Source: Callorhinchus milii
Taxonomy: Eukaryota
Direction of reading: 5' to 3'
Length of the DNA: 64,000 bases
Assembly: GCF_018977255.1 (NCBI RefSeq)
Contig: NW_024704743.1
Coordinates: 12,898,001-12,962,000 of the forward strand
Position 1 is the first letter of the stretch; each line of letters begins with the position of its first letter. Shown piece after piece: positions 63,756-64,000 of the stretch. The notes below the pieces were generated by a model. The model saw only the letters and a list, made by a program, of their open reading frames with translations. It was not told the DNA's origin and did not search any database. A program made the position numbers and the translations under genes.

Positions 63756-64000
63756 ATGCAAACTCTATTTGAGGCATTTGTTAGAATTGCTTTTGGTCCA
63801 CAGAAACTAGATAGGATGTTGACATGGCATAATTCCAGTTACCGAAAGAAGATCTTGTCTACACAGTTCCTTATTATTGATCCTCATTACAAACTACCAC
63901 ATATAAGACGCCACTATCATCATCAGACAGACAGTACTACAACGGCAAGTTGCATGTATATAGCACCCTTTAAGCGGGGTAGAGTCCCGGAGCAATTGAC

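Overview
Vertebrate genomic DNA, probably from a cartilaginous fish. This is an inference from the repeat content: CR1 and L2 LINEs, tRNA-headed SINEs with Deu-type cores, and LF-SINE-like relics. About half the window is nested, decayed retroelements plus a few MITEs, and nearly all long ORFs in the supplied track derive from them. In the unique DNA between about 6 kb and 35 kb I could join minus-strand exons, by hand, into a phase-consistent multi-exon gene that I do not recognise as any named gene. Five consecutive exons (32139-23066) give an uninterrupted frame of about 340 aa. The first ~260 aa resemble a divergent gasdermin pore-forming N-terminal domain by eye, and a ZU5-like domain follows. 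Further exons look UPA-like (17.6-11.5 kb), and three terminal exons (9738-6072) assemble a death-domain-like C-terminus. The candidate architecture is therefore gasdermin-like NTD - ZU5 - UPA - Death. Domain calls are by-eye comparisons with remembered family sequences and need HMM or structure confirmation. Splicing between 23065 and 11614 is not resolved.
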